The notes below the pieces were generated by a model. The model was given only the letters and a program-made list of their open reading frames with translations, was not told the origin of the DNA and searched no databases. Made by a program: the position numbers and the translations under genes. A stretch of DNA of 46,185 nt from a virus. Below, one piece after another: positions 27,576-36,596 of the stretch. Location of the stretch: the IMG/VR virus record IMGVR_UViG_3300045988_161343; one strand, given 5' to 3'. Position 1 is the stretch's first letter, and every line of letters starts with the position of its first letter.

Positions 27576-27705
27576 CAATTTAGGGTGCTGCTCCGGCCAA
27601 GGTCAGGCGTCTATACCGAACGCCAAAATTAAAAAATGGTTTAAGAATTTTCTTGACTAAATGTTAATAATATGATAAAATAATATAAAAAAGGAGTAGA
27701 TAAAA

Positions 27706-28533
27706 ATGAAAGTTTGTTTAAGACATAATCAAGAAGAACAATATCTCCAAAAGGCAGAATAGATTGAGGTTAAATGGGCATTTATTGACCATCTTCTTGA
27801 TTTAGTAGAAAAATATCCTGATAAAGATTTTGTCATAGATGCTCCAAAAGGCAAACCAATGGATTGGAAAAGTATAGCCACTTGTAAGGCCGGCCTACAT
27901 TAGGGCCGCACCTTCTATGTTCGGTTGCATGATTTAAATCCTTTGCTTACATTACGCTGGATGGAGAAATATGATCTTAAATTTTTTTATAGTGAACCAG
28001 CAAAAACATATTATGAGCTGTATAATCTAAAAAAATTAGGTGTATCATATGCTTATATTGATGCTCCTATTTTCTTTGATTTAAATGAAGTAAAAAAAAT
28101 AGATATTCCATTAAGACTTGTGCCAAATCGCGCATATATTCAAGGGCATATTCCACAAATGAGTGGCTTACATGGCACTTGGGTTCGTCCAGAAAAACTT
28201 GATATTTATAAACCATATTTTGATGTTTGTGAATTTGAAAATGATGGACCTACACAAGAACGAGCCTTCTACCGCATTTATTTTGAAGATAAGTCTTGGC
28301 CCAATGACATGAATTCATTAATTTTTGGACTTAATACTAATATTGATGATAGATTGGTGTATGAAGGTCTTGATGAAATGCGTCTTAATTGTAGACAAGT
28401 ATGTGAAACACCTAAACCTTATTGCCAAATGTGTGATAAAGTATTGTATTTTGAACGGGCCGGACGTCAATGGGCCAAGGAGTATATTGCCGAACATGAG
28501 GGAGAAGACCAAGAACAGATAAGCCCTAATTGA
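27706..28533 (+). CDS. Hypothetical protein, 275 aa, with two in-frame TAGs; track shows only the 3' part
   Basis: AAGGAG + ATG 27706. The frame runs continuously through TAG at 27760 and 27895 into track ORF 27925. Confidence 0.45.
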
Positions 28534-28587
28534 TTATTTAATAAAATTATTATATAATATTTATATAATAATAGAAGGGAATAAGAA

Positions 28588-29586
28588 ATGGGTAAAAAAG
28601 TTTTAGTTCCTGATTTTACTGAAAATTGTAGAGGGATTTTGGAAGGGTTATTCAAGATTAGTGAAGTAGGTCTTTTGAAAGCTCTCGGTGATTTTGTATC
28701 TAATAAATATTCTAATGTAGAGATTACAGAAGATTATGTATATGCTGAAGGTAATATTCCTGTTATGCTTATTGCACATGTAGATACTGTATTTAGACAA
28801 CCAATTCGTCAATTTACTTATAATGAGAAAAGAGCTGTTTATAAAGGCAAGGAAGGTCTTGGAGCAGACGATAGAGCAGGTGTTTTTGCGATTATTCAGA
28901 TTTTACGCAAAAAGTATAGACCTTATGTTCTTTTTACAACAGATGAAGAAATGGGTGGCTATGGTGCGCATATATTTGTTGAAGCACATCCAGTAGCTCC
29001 AAATATTAAGTACATGATTGAGCTTGATAGAGCTGGTGAAAGAGATTGTGTCTTCTATGAGTGTGAAAATTTTACATTTATAGATTATGTTGAAAGTTTT
29101 GGTTTTAGACAAGCAATTGGATCATTTACAGATATTAGTATTATTATGCCTGAATGGGAAATTGCCGGAGTAAATTTATCAGTTGGCTATCATCATGAAC
29201 ATACTCAAAATGAAGATTTGCATATTAGAACATTGTATAATACAATTAATAAAGTATGTAAAATGCTTGATGATATTGAAAATGCAGATAAATATAAATT
29301 TATCCCCAGCAAGGAATATCTTCAGTGGATTACATTGACTAATAAATATCATATGCCTTATGATTTTGATGATGATAAACTTATTAATTGTAGTTTTTGT
29401 AATCAGTTGTATTATGAGTGGGAAGATTTTCCTCTTGATATTGATGGAGTAAAGGTTCATGTATGCCCTGAATGTTTGGCACTTGATCCTAATATTCATC
29501 AATGTGAAAGGTGCTATAATTTATTTTATTCAAATAATATGAAAGAAAGAGTATGTGATAAATGTCGAGTCCCTGTTGTAATTTAA
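28588..29586 (+). CDS. M20/M28/M42-type metallopeptidase-like protein with C-terminal Cys4 zinc ribbons, 332 aa
   Basis: MLIAHVDTVF ... GADDRAGVFA motifs (HxD, GxDD) of the zinc-peptidase/deacylase fold. C-terminus CSFCNQ...CPEC...CERC...CDKC. Confidence 0.45.
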   Translation: MGKKVLVPDFTENCRGILEGLFKISEVGLLKALGDFVSNKYSNVEITEDYVYAEGNIPVMLIAHVDTVFRQPIRQFTYNEKRAVYKGKEGLGADDRAGVFAIIQILRKKYRPYVLFTTDEEMGGYGAHIFVEAHPVAPNIKYMIELDRAGERDCVFYECENFTFIDYVESFGFRQAIGSFTDISIIMPEWEIAGVNLSVGYHHEHTQNEDLHIRTLYNTINKVCKMLDDIENADKYKFIPSKEYLQWITLTNKYHMPYDFDDDKLINCSFCNQLYYEWEDFPLDIDGVKVHVCPECLALDPNIHQCERCYNLFYSNNMKERVCDKCRVPVVI

Positions 29587-29666
29587 ATGAAATTAAAGAA
29601 CAAGTAAAGAAGGTTATTGCCTATTCATAGGGACTGGACATTAACCTTTTAAATATTGATAAATTA

Positions 29667-30987
29667 ATGAATGATTGGGAAGAGAATAAATGCAAATTTT
29701 ATAGCAGACTTCCTGGTAATAAATTAATTTATCAAAGTCATGCACCTATTACAATGTCTATTTCAGAAGATGATAAAAAAGCTGAATTAGATTGTTTTAT
29801 TGACAACATTCGTTGGCGTTATGGCTTATTTGAATTAAGAGATTTTGTTGAAAATAATAGAAAAAATTTTTATAATAATATTTTAAGCGAAGATTATTCA
29901 ATGAATAATGGAACTATCATTCCAAAAGGAATGAAAATAATTAAAGCATTTAAATATTTTGTAGAAGATAAGGAAATTCTTACTGAAATACAAGATAAAG
30001 CTAGTATGCTTATTCAAAATACAAAAATTAGTGGATATTTTTGTATGTCAGTTCATCCATTGGATTATCTTAGTTTAAGTGAAAATACGCATAATTGGCG
30101 GTCATGTCATGCTCTTGATGGAGAATATCGTGCTGGTAATTTATCTTATATGGCAGATAATTGTACGATTATATGTTATATTAAGAGTGAACATGATGCG
30201 GTTTTACCTAGATTTCCAGATGATGTACCATGGGCAGATAAGAAGTGGCGTATGCTTCTTCATGTATCTGATGATGATACTATGGTTATTTCAGGTCGGC
30301 ATTATCCTTATGAAAGTAAAGGATTACAAGATTTTGCTCTTGAACTGTATGAAACATTTTTCGGGCAAGGATATCGGTTTACCGATTGGTGTCATGAAAA
30401 ATATAATACATTTACAATAAATGATAAAATCTTTTCTAATGAAGTTCGTTTATTACCTACTGGGTATATGATGACCCCAGATATTAAGGTTATTGTTGAC
30501 CCAAAAAATCCTTTACATTATAATGACCCTCTTCATTCTACTGTATATGACTATTGGTTTAGTATTGCTTATAGTGAACCTTATTGGCATGAAGAAGGTA
30601 TTCCGCAAGATAAATTAATTCTTCCAAGAACTCGTACCACTACTAAAGTTAATATAGGACATGATGTAAAATGTTGTATTTGTGGTAAAAATGATTGTGT
30701 TTTAACAGATACGATGCTTTGTATTGATTGTGAACTTAAATATGGTACAGAAGAAACAGAAGATTTTACTTTCTGTAGAGAATGCGGTAGACGTATTTAT
30801 ATTCCTGAAGCAATATCATTAGATGATGATGATGGTTATGTATGCCGTAGTTGCGGAGACAATTATTAGATATGTGATAATTGTAATATGTATTATGATA
30901 AAAAAGATTTAATTTATGATGAAGAAAACAATGCTTACTATTGTGAAGCTTGTTATGATGAAATTTTATTTGATAGGGAGAATGAAT
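29667..30987 (+). CDS. Paralog C of the HPLDY/zinc-ribbon family, about 440 aa. TAG at 30867-30869 is read through into a further Cys4 ribbon ending at TAA
   Basis: MSVHPLDYLSLSENTHNWRSC core. Extension ICDNCNMYYDKKDLIYDEENNAYYCEACYDE continues the CxxC module. Confidence 0.5.
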
Positions 30988-30988
30988 A

Positions 30989-31297
30989 ATGGCAAAAGGT
31001 AGTATTGCTAAAGATGCTGTTGTAGAAAAAATTGCAGAAGCATTTGGTGAAGATTTCCTCGGATCTTATGATAAAAAGTATTATGTGCGAGCTAAAGAAA
31101 ATGGACAATATATTCAGATTGCAATTAGTCTAACGTGTCCGAAAACTCCTGTAGAAAATTTTGGTTCTATGGATTTTGGTAATAATGAACTTAATTTTGA
31201 AAATGGAGCAACAATTCAGTCTGTAAAGAAGGCTACAGAAATTAGTCCAGAAGAAGAAGAAAATTTAAAAGCTTTAATTGAAAAGCTTGGTTTATAA
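30989..31297 (+). CDS. Hypothetical protein, 102 aa
   Basis: ORF track. Confidence 0.5.
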   Translation: MAKGSIAKDAVVEKIAEAFGEDFLGSYDKKYYVRAKENGQYIQIAISLTCPKTPVENFGSMDFGNNELNFENGATIQSVKKATEISPEEEENLKALIEKLGL

Positions 31298-31330
31298 GAG
31301 AAAGTCAAATTGACTTTCTCTTATTTTTAT
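31292..31330 (+). terminator. Rho-independent terminator
   Basis: gagaaagtcaaattgactttctc followed by TTATTTTTAT. Confidence 0.6.
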
Positions 31331-31404
31331 GTTATAATTATTTATATAGGGCATATTATATTAATTAAATAATTAAATTTCTTATATAAGAAAGGAATAA
31401 AAAT

Positions 31405-31686
31405 ATGAAGAAGATTATAATTCCTCAAGAAGAAGTAAATTATCTTTAGAAATTAAATTATGAAATTGAAGCTAGAAAAAATTTATGTCAATTTTTAATT
31501 AGACAAAATATTAGAAATAAAGCTTTTAATGATTATCATAATGAGTATATAGAATTATTTGCTGAATATGAATTAGCTAAATTAGAATTAGAAAATAATT
31601 ATATCAAACCAGAAATTGGGAATCAAACTTGCAATTGGAATTTAGATTTTTATACAAATGAGGTAATTATTGATGTTATTTCCTAA
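31405..31686 (+). CDS. Small protein, 93 aa with one TAG, first gene of the rSAM cluster
   Basis: SD AAAGGA; continuous frame ending at TAA; overlaps the rSAM start. Confidence 0.4.
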
Positions 31687-33013
31687 AATAAGCCACATTC
31701 CTGAAGAATTTTCTGATTTTATAGGTCGTTTATATCCTGAAGATTGTTTAAATTCTTAGTCTGTATTTACATTAACATTTTAGGTTACAGATGATTGTTG
31801 TTTAAATTGTACTTATTGTTATCAAGGGCATAAAGGTAAACATAAATTATCTTTTGAAACAGCTAAACAGATGATTGATTAGATATTAACCAGAGATAAT
31901 AAAATTATTGGTTATATTGATTCTTATAAAATACCAGGAGTAATAATAGAATTTATAGGTGGAGAGCCATTTTTAGAAATTGAATTAATTGATTAGATTA
32001 CTGATTATTTTATTAATAAAATGATTGAATTGCGGCATCCTTGGGCTACTAAATATAAAATTTCAATTAGTTCTAATGGTATTTTATATTTTGAACAAAA
32101 AGTACAAGAGTATATTAAAAAAAATAATGAAAATTTAAGTTTATCAATTTCTATTGATGGAAATAAAAAATTACATGACGCTTGTAGAGTTTTCCCTGAT
32201 GGTAGTGGTAGTTATGATAAAGCATTGTCTGCCGCATTACATTATAGCCATAATTATAATAAATGGATTGGGAGTAAAATGACTATCTCTCCATTTAATA
32301 TAGATTATTTATATGACGCTGTTTTAGAAATGATAAACAATGGTTATAGTCAAATCAATCTAAATTGTGTGTATGAAAAAGGTTGGGAACTTAACCATGC
32401 CACTACATTATATTATTAGTTAAAAAAAATTGCTGATTATTTATTAAATAATGATTTGTGGGATAAAGTTTATTTATCTATTTTTTATATTAATGATGGA
32501 AGTAAAAATTTATCTAATGATAATTGGTGTGGCGGGAATGGTCGTATGTTAGCCTTAAATTGGAAAGGTAAATATTATCCATGTTTACGTTATATGGAAG
32601 ATAGCATAAGTAATCAGCCAGAATATTATATTGGAGATATTTATTAGGGAATAGGCCAAGATAATTTAACCATCAATAGATTAAAAGATTTATCTGAAAT
32701 AACAGTTATTAGTCAATCTCCTCAAGAATGTTTAGATTGTGAAATTTCTGGAGGATGCTCTTGGTGTACAGCTTATAATTATCAAGAAACAGGTAATGTT
32801 AATAAAAGAGTTACTTATATTTGTGATATGCATTATGCTACAGTTCTAGCTTCTTTATATTATTTAAATTCTATTTTAAAAAAAATAAACTCGAATAAAC
32901 GATTTAAATTTAATGGAGATATGGAAAAAGCATTAAAAATTATCTCTTAGGATGAATATAATATAATAAAGGAGACAATGACAAATGAAAATAGGAACGA
33001 CAATAACTTCTGA
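31673..33013 (+). CDS. Radical SAM enzyme with C-terminal SPASM/twitch domain (anSME / RiPP-maturase-like), 446 aa with about 7 in-frame TAGs; fragmented in the track
   Basis: CCLNCTYC = CxxxCxxC cluster, GGEP motif. C-terminal Cys clusters CGGNGRMLAL...YYPCLRY and CLDCEISGGCSWCT. Frame is continuous from ATG 31673 to TGA 33011-33013 only with TAG as sense. Confidence 0.65.
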
Positions 33014-33635
33014 TAGATTCAATGAATTAAAGAAAAAAATAAAGGCTGAATGTTTACGTCGTAAATATACCGGTAGTGTAAGTTCATATGGAGGGACTTC
33101 TTATGATTATACTACTTAGCCTGATAATGGAAAAGTTATTTCAAAAGAACACATAACAAAACTGGTAGAACCTATGGCGGCAATAAATATTGAAAATCAG
33201 AATGAAAATATAAATGTTATTAAAGATGATGATTTAAGTACATTAGAGGCAAAAATTACAGCTTATCAAGCTATGGGATTAACTGATTCGAATACTGGAT
33301 GTTCAGCTTATTGCACTGGATTATGTTCTACCAGTTGTAGCGAAAGTTGTGGAGTACAATGTTAGGAAACTTGTTTAGGTAGTTGTAAGAATACTTGCCA
33401 AGGAGGCTGTCAAAACACTTGCAGAGGCGGATGTCAAAGCAGTTGTAGTGGTAGCTGTAGCGGATGTAGTGGTTCTTGCTCAGGTGGATGCTATACAGGA
33501 TGTAGTGGATGCAGTGGTAGCTGTACAAGACATTGTGCTAACGATTGTACTGGATTGTGTGGAGGAAGTTGTTCAGGTTTATGTACAAGCTGTACTGGCA
33601 CATGTAGTGGCACAGGTAGAAATGAACCATTATAA
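32985..33635 (+). CDS. Cysteine-rich repeat peptide, 216 aa: ~100-aa leader followed by ~27 tandem C-x3-C units; precursor-like
   Basis: SD AAGGAGA 9 nt upstream. Core is CSAYCTGLCSTSCSESCGVQC(TAG)ETCLGSCKNTCQGGCQNTCRGGCQSSCSGSCSGCSGSCSGGCYTGCSGCSGSCTRHCANDCTGLCGGSCSGLCTSCTGTCSG; two in-frame TAGs. Confidence 0.55.
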
Positions 33636-33753
33636 TTTAAAAATATTTATCGAAAATACATATAACTGTAAGATATATTATATGTATCTTATACAAGATA
33701 ATATTTTATTTTGTATAAGTAATTATAAGAATATAAATTTTCAAAAATATAAT

Positions 33754-34323
33754 ATGGATATTTAGATTTTATCTGTTTATGAATATTTATGTCAAAAATA
33801 TATTTTACATAAGGATATATTAAAACAATATAAAGGTATAGAATTATATAAAATTATGGAAATTCAAGATAAAATTTTTATTAATAGATATAAATTATTA
33901 TTGTAGATTATTAATAATAATTATAATTTTGATAATTAGTTAATATACACTGATTTTAATAATTTTAATTTTGAACAAAATATTAGTTATATAAATTATT
34001 GTTTAAAATTGCTATTTAATAATTTTAAAAAAATAGATAAACAATTTTGGAAAATTTTAGATTAGATTTATTTTTTAATTAATGGTAAAACTAATTTATT
34101 TTTATTGTTGGGAAATTTTTATTTGAATAAAAGTAATTTATAGCAATTTACTGAAGAAATAAAAAAAATTCCTGGAATTAAAGAATAGCTCTCTTTTAGT
34201 TATACAGCTTTAAATTTAGCTATTGAAATTGATAAAGTTGCAGAAAATAAAAATTATCTTAATGAATTAATTGAAATTATTGATAATCATTCACAAGAAA
34301 AAATTTATAAATTTGATATTTAA
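33754..34323 (+). CDS. Very AT-rich hypothetical protein, about 189 aa, with 6 in-frame TAG and no TAA or TGA
   Basis: In an AT-rich stretch, 570 nt free of TAA and TGA in one frame is unlikely by chance. The N-terminal part of track ORF 33448-33765 is in the same frame. Confidence 0.4.
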
Positions 34324-34378
34324 TAAAAATTAATATATAATATATATACAAAATAAAGAAAATAAAGACTTTAACAGC

Positions 34379-34491
34379 AAAAAATGGACAGTAAATCCGT
34401 CGCGAATGCTACGCAGGTTCGAATCCTGCCCTCCCCACCATTATATGGCGGAGGTAGGGAAGCGGTTAAACCCAGCGGAACCAAACCAAAT
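34379..34491 (+). ncRNA. Promoter-driven tRNA-like element with circularly permuted arrangement (T-arm + 3' acceptor + CCA, 6-nt linker, then 5' acceptor + D-arm), flanked by the inverted repeat AAAGACTT/AAGTCTTG
   Basis: gcaggttcgaatcctgc cctcccc a cca ttatat g gcggagg ta ggg aagcggttaaa ccc a gcgga. Acceptor strands are complementary with one C-C mismatch. The candidate anticodon stem tccgt/gcgga is split across the ends. Confidence 0.25.
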
Positions 34492-34585
34492 AAGTCTTGT
34501 TTGAATAAAATAATTATTTGATTTTTAATAAAAAATATTATATAATATTTATATAAAAAGACTTTTACAGCAACTTAAACTTTTT

Positions 34586-34660
34586 TCCGTGGTCGAATAA
34601 CTGGATAATTCATCAGAGTTAATTCTGAAAATAAGGATTCGAATTCCTTCCTTGGAGCCA
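34586..34660 (+). tRNA. tRNA-like gene with canonical acceptor, D and T arms, CCA, and a 6-nt anticodon loop (gTTAat); own promoter, flanked by AAAAGACTTTT/AAAAGTCTT inverted repeats
   Basis: tccgtgg tc gaat aactggata attc a tcaga gttaat tctga aaat aagga ttcgaat tcctt ccttgga g cca. Confidence 0.35.
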
Positions 34661-34742
34661 AGTATAAAAAGTCTTGGGTAAATTTCTTAATTTGAAAAAA
34701 TTAAAAAAATATAATATAATATATAAGTAATCAATAAGAAAT

Positions 34743-34891
34743 CAAATAAATGCTCTCGTAGCTCAATTGGTCAGAGCCGGCGACTTATCCAAGATTAGTT
34801 TAAATGGCAAAATAGTCTATGCGCAAGAAAGATGTAAGTTCAAATCTAACATCTTGGGCCAAATCGCCAGATGTGGGTTCAAATCCCGACG
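34743..34891 (+). tRNA. tRNA carrying a ~73-nt tRNA-like insertion inside the anticodon loop; anticodon after excision is ambiguous (UAU, UAA or CAA depending on junction)
   Basis: Outer: gctctcg ta gctc aattggtca gagc c ggcga cttat[...]aa tcgcc agat gtggg ttcaaat cccga cgggagc a cca. Insert 34780-34852 is ccaagat...gtaag ttcaaat ctaac atcttgg g cca (acceptor-like stem + T-arm + CCA). Confidence 0.45.
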
Positions 34892-34926
34892 GGAGCACCA
34901 TATTCCAATAGAAAGGAATTAAAATA

Positions 34927-35166
34927 ATGAAGTTGACAAATATTAAGCAGGTTGAAGATTTTATCGCAGCAGTTAATCGCGCACATAGTAATGTATGGCT
35001 GGTTAGTCCACAAGGTGATAGATATAATATGAAATCTGCACTTTCACAGTATATCGCGCTTGGCGCATTACTTGGTCAGCATGGTGATGAATTGGAACTT
35101 TTCTGTGATAGTAAGCAAGATGAAGGTTTGTTTATTGAATTTTTTGTTCGTCACCCTGAAGTTTAA
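34927..35166 (+). CDS. Small hypothetical protein inside the tRNA array, 79 aa
   Basis: ORF track; SD AAAGGAATTAAAATA ATG. Confidence 0.45.
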   Translation: MKLTNIKQVEDFIAAVNRAHSNVWLVSPQGDRYNMKSALSQYIALGALLGQHGDELELFCDSKQDEGLFIEFFVRHPEV

Positions 35167-35234
35167 TTGAAAAATTAAAAAAAATATTATAAAATATATA
35201 TACAAAATAAATGAGAAATAAATTCTCATTTGTA

Positions 35235-35312
35235 TGGGACAGTAGCTTACGAGGTCGGAGCATTGGTCTGAAAAACCAAAGGATGGAGGCTCGATACCTC
35301 CCTGTCCCACCA
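35235..35312 (+). tRNA. tRNA-Phe (anticodon GAA)
   Basis: gggacag ta gctt acgaggtcg gagc a ttggt ctgaaaa accaa agggat ggagg ctcgata cctcc ctgtccc a cca. Preceded by a promoter element and the aatgagaa...ttctcatt hairpin. Confidence 0.7.
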
Positions 35313-35390
35313 ATTGGTCTTATACATGGGGTTTCCGATTTGAACTAGGCAGATTAGTCACCTGCCGTTGGCAATAGACCAATTAAAAAT
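35313..35390 (+). ncRNA. Structured ~76-nt element closed by a 9-bp stem (AATTGGTCT/AGACCAATT) with an internal ggcag-attagtcac-ctgcc hairpin; not a canonical tRNA
   Basis: Immediately 3' of tRNA-Phe. Perfect 9-bp terminal helix. Function unknown. Confidence 0.25.
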
Positions 35391-35563
35391 AAACTGAGGC
35401 AAAGGGAAATCGGGTTTTAATGTATAGCTATAAAGAAATTTTATAGTTAGCTATGATGAACTTCATAGCAAAATCCTCTTGTAATCAAGCTAATTGGGAG
35501 AGGGGTAGCGCGGGAACGGGGAGAAGCGCGCTATAAAAGGTGAAATACTTCTTTCCACCATAT

Positions 35564-35639
35564 GCCGGTGTAGCCGAATGGCATAGGCGAATGATTTAGG
35601 ATCATTAATCTGAAGGTTCGAGTCCTTTCACCGGTACCA
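35564..35639 (+). tRNA. Class-I (short variable arm) tRNA with anticodon UAG; formally Leu(CUA-reading) but lacks the long variable arm of Leu tRNAs
   Basis: gccggtg ta gcc gaatggcata ggc g aatga tttagga tcatt aatct gaagg ttcgagt ccttt caccggt a cca. Confidence 0.55.
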
Positions 35640-35721
35640 ACAGTGAAGTAGTAGCTATATTCACTATAATCAAGGCTCGGTGGTTGGTGGCTCCATCGTT
35701 ATATAAATAAGCCATATATAT

Positions 35722-35792
35722 TACTTCTTGGTGTAATGGAAGCATGCTGCCTGAAAGAGGCGGAGGTATTGGTTCAATTCCAATAGAAGGAT
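35722..35792 (+). tRNA. Atypical tRNA-like gene (T-arm attgg-ttcaatt-ccaat). Anticodon arm is ctgcc-tgaaaga-ggcgg without U33, or a 6-bp stem with a 5-nt loop; no encoded CCA
   Basis: tacttct tg gtg taatggaag cat g ctgcc tgaaaga ggcgg aggt attgg ttcaatt ccaat agaagga t. One A-G mismatch in the acceptor. Confidence 0.3.
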
Positions 35793-36142
35793 TAATTAAA
35801 GCTGGGAAATAATAGTCGCCCATAACTAATTATTTAATATAGGACTATTATTAAAGGTTATTTAAGTTAAAGAAACGCGGTTGAAGTTATTACTTACTTG
35901 ATTATAAAATAACATGACCGCAAGACGAGTGTTTGAAGCTTGTCTATAAACAAATTCTTCATATGTTGTCTTTTTATACTTACTCTTTGGTTGTTTCTTG
36001 ACATATAAGTAAAAACGGAAAGGGAGTTAAAGGTTTAGCTATAAAACCGGTTTGTTTTTAATAAGATTTTTAAAATTAGGTGACAAAATCTTATTTGAGT
36101 GATGCTGCTCAAGAGGGTCCGGAACCTCTAAAATGCGTATAT

Positions 36143-36275
36143 GCGCCAGTGGCCAAGTGGTATGGCACCTGCCTTTGTGGGATTGATGTAAGTAGCATTT
36201 TAATGTATTGGTTCAAATCCAATATTCCGCACCATAAGCAGGGCAACGCGGGTTCGATCCCCGCCTGGCGCACCA
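36143..36275 (+). tRNA. tRNA with Gln-like D-arm carrying a 58-nt tRNA-like insertion in the anticodon loop; the residual loop could read UUU, UUG, UAU or CAU depending on junction
   Basis: Outer: gcgccag tg gcc aagtggtat ggc a cctgc cttt[...]taa gcagg gcaac gcggg ttcgatc cccgc ctggcgc a cca. Insert 36177-36234 is gtgggat tg atg-taagtag-cat tttaatgt attgg ttcaaat ccaat attccgc a cca. Confidence 0.45.
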
Positions 36276-36596
36276 GGTCAAGTTTGAGAAATTTCATAGA
36301 GCATCGCTGACGTTAAATGGTTCTTATATGAAAACGCGCAATTAGTATAAGATAGCAAAATTCTCGTAGTTCATCCATTAGAGAACCTTAAAGAGTAATG
36401 GAATAAGATTATATCATGAGAAATTATGTATATAGTTTTATTTAATTTGGTGTTGAACCAAATATTGTGAAATTCAAGCGAGTCTACCTTATTAGCCCTA
36501 CTGTAATAGCCAGTCTAATATGCCCTCCATACCCAGTGAGGATTTTTATAAAAGTCTATTTAATTTTTCTTGGCAGCTTAATTAAATAGACTATAT

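Noticed and set aside
33448-33765. Track ORF overlapping the Cys-repeat gene (MVAVADVVVLAQVDA...)
   Set aside because: Its N-terminal two-thirds is the out-of-frame shadow of the GC-richer (TGY)n Cys-repeat region (V/A/D/Q-rich). Only its last ~15 codons matter, as the start of the AT-rich gene 33754-34323.
34743-36275. Group I self-splicing introns in the anticodon loops
   Set aside because: Inserts are only 58-73 nt, far below the ~200+ nt core of group I introns, and lack P-Q-R-S elements. They are described instead as tRNA-like inserts of unknown processing route.
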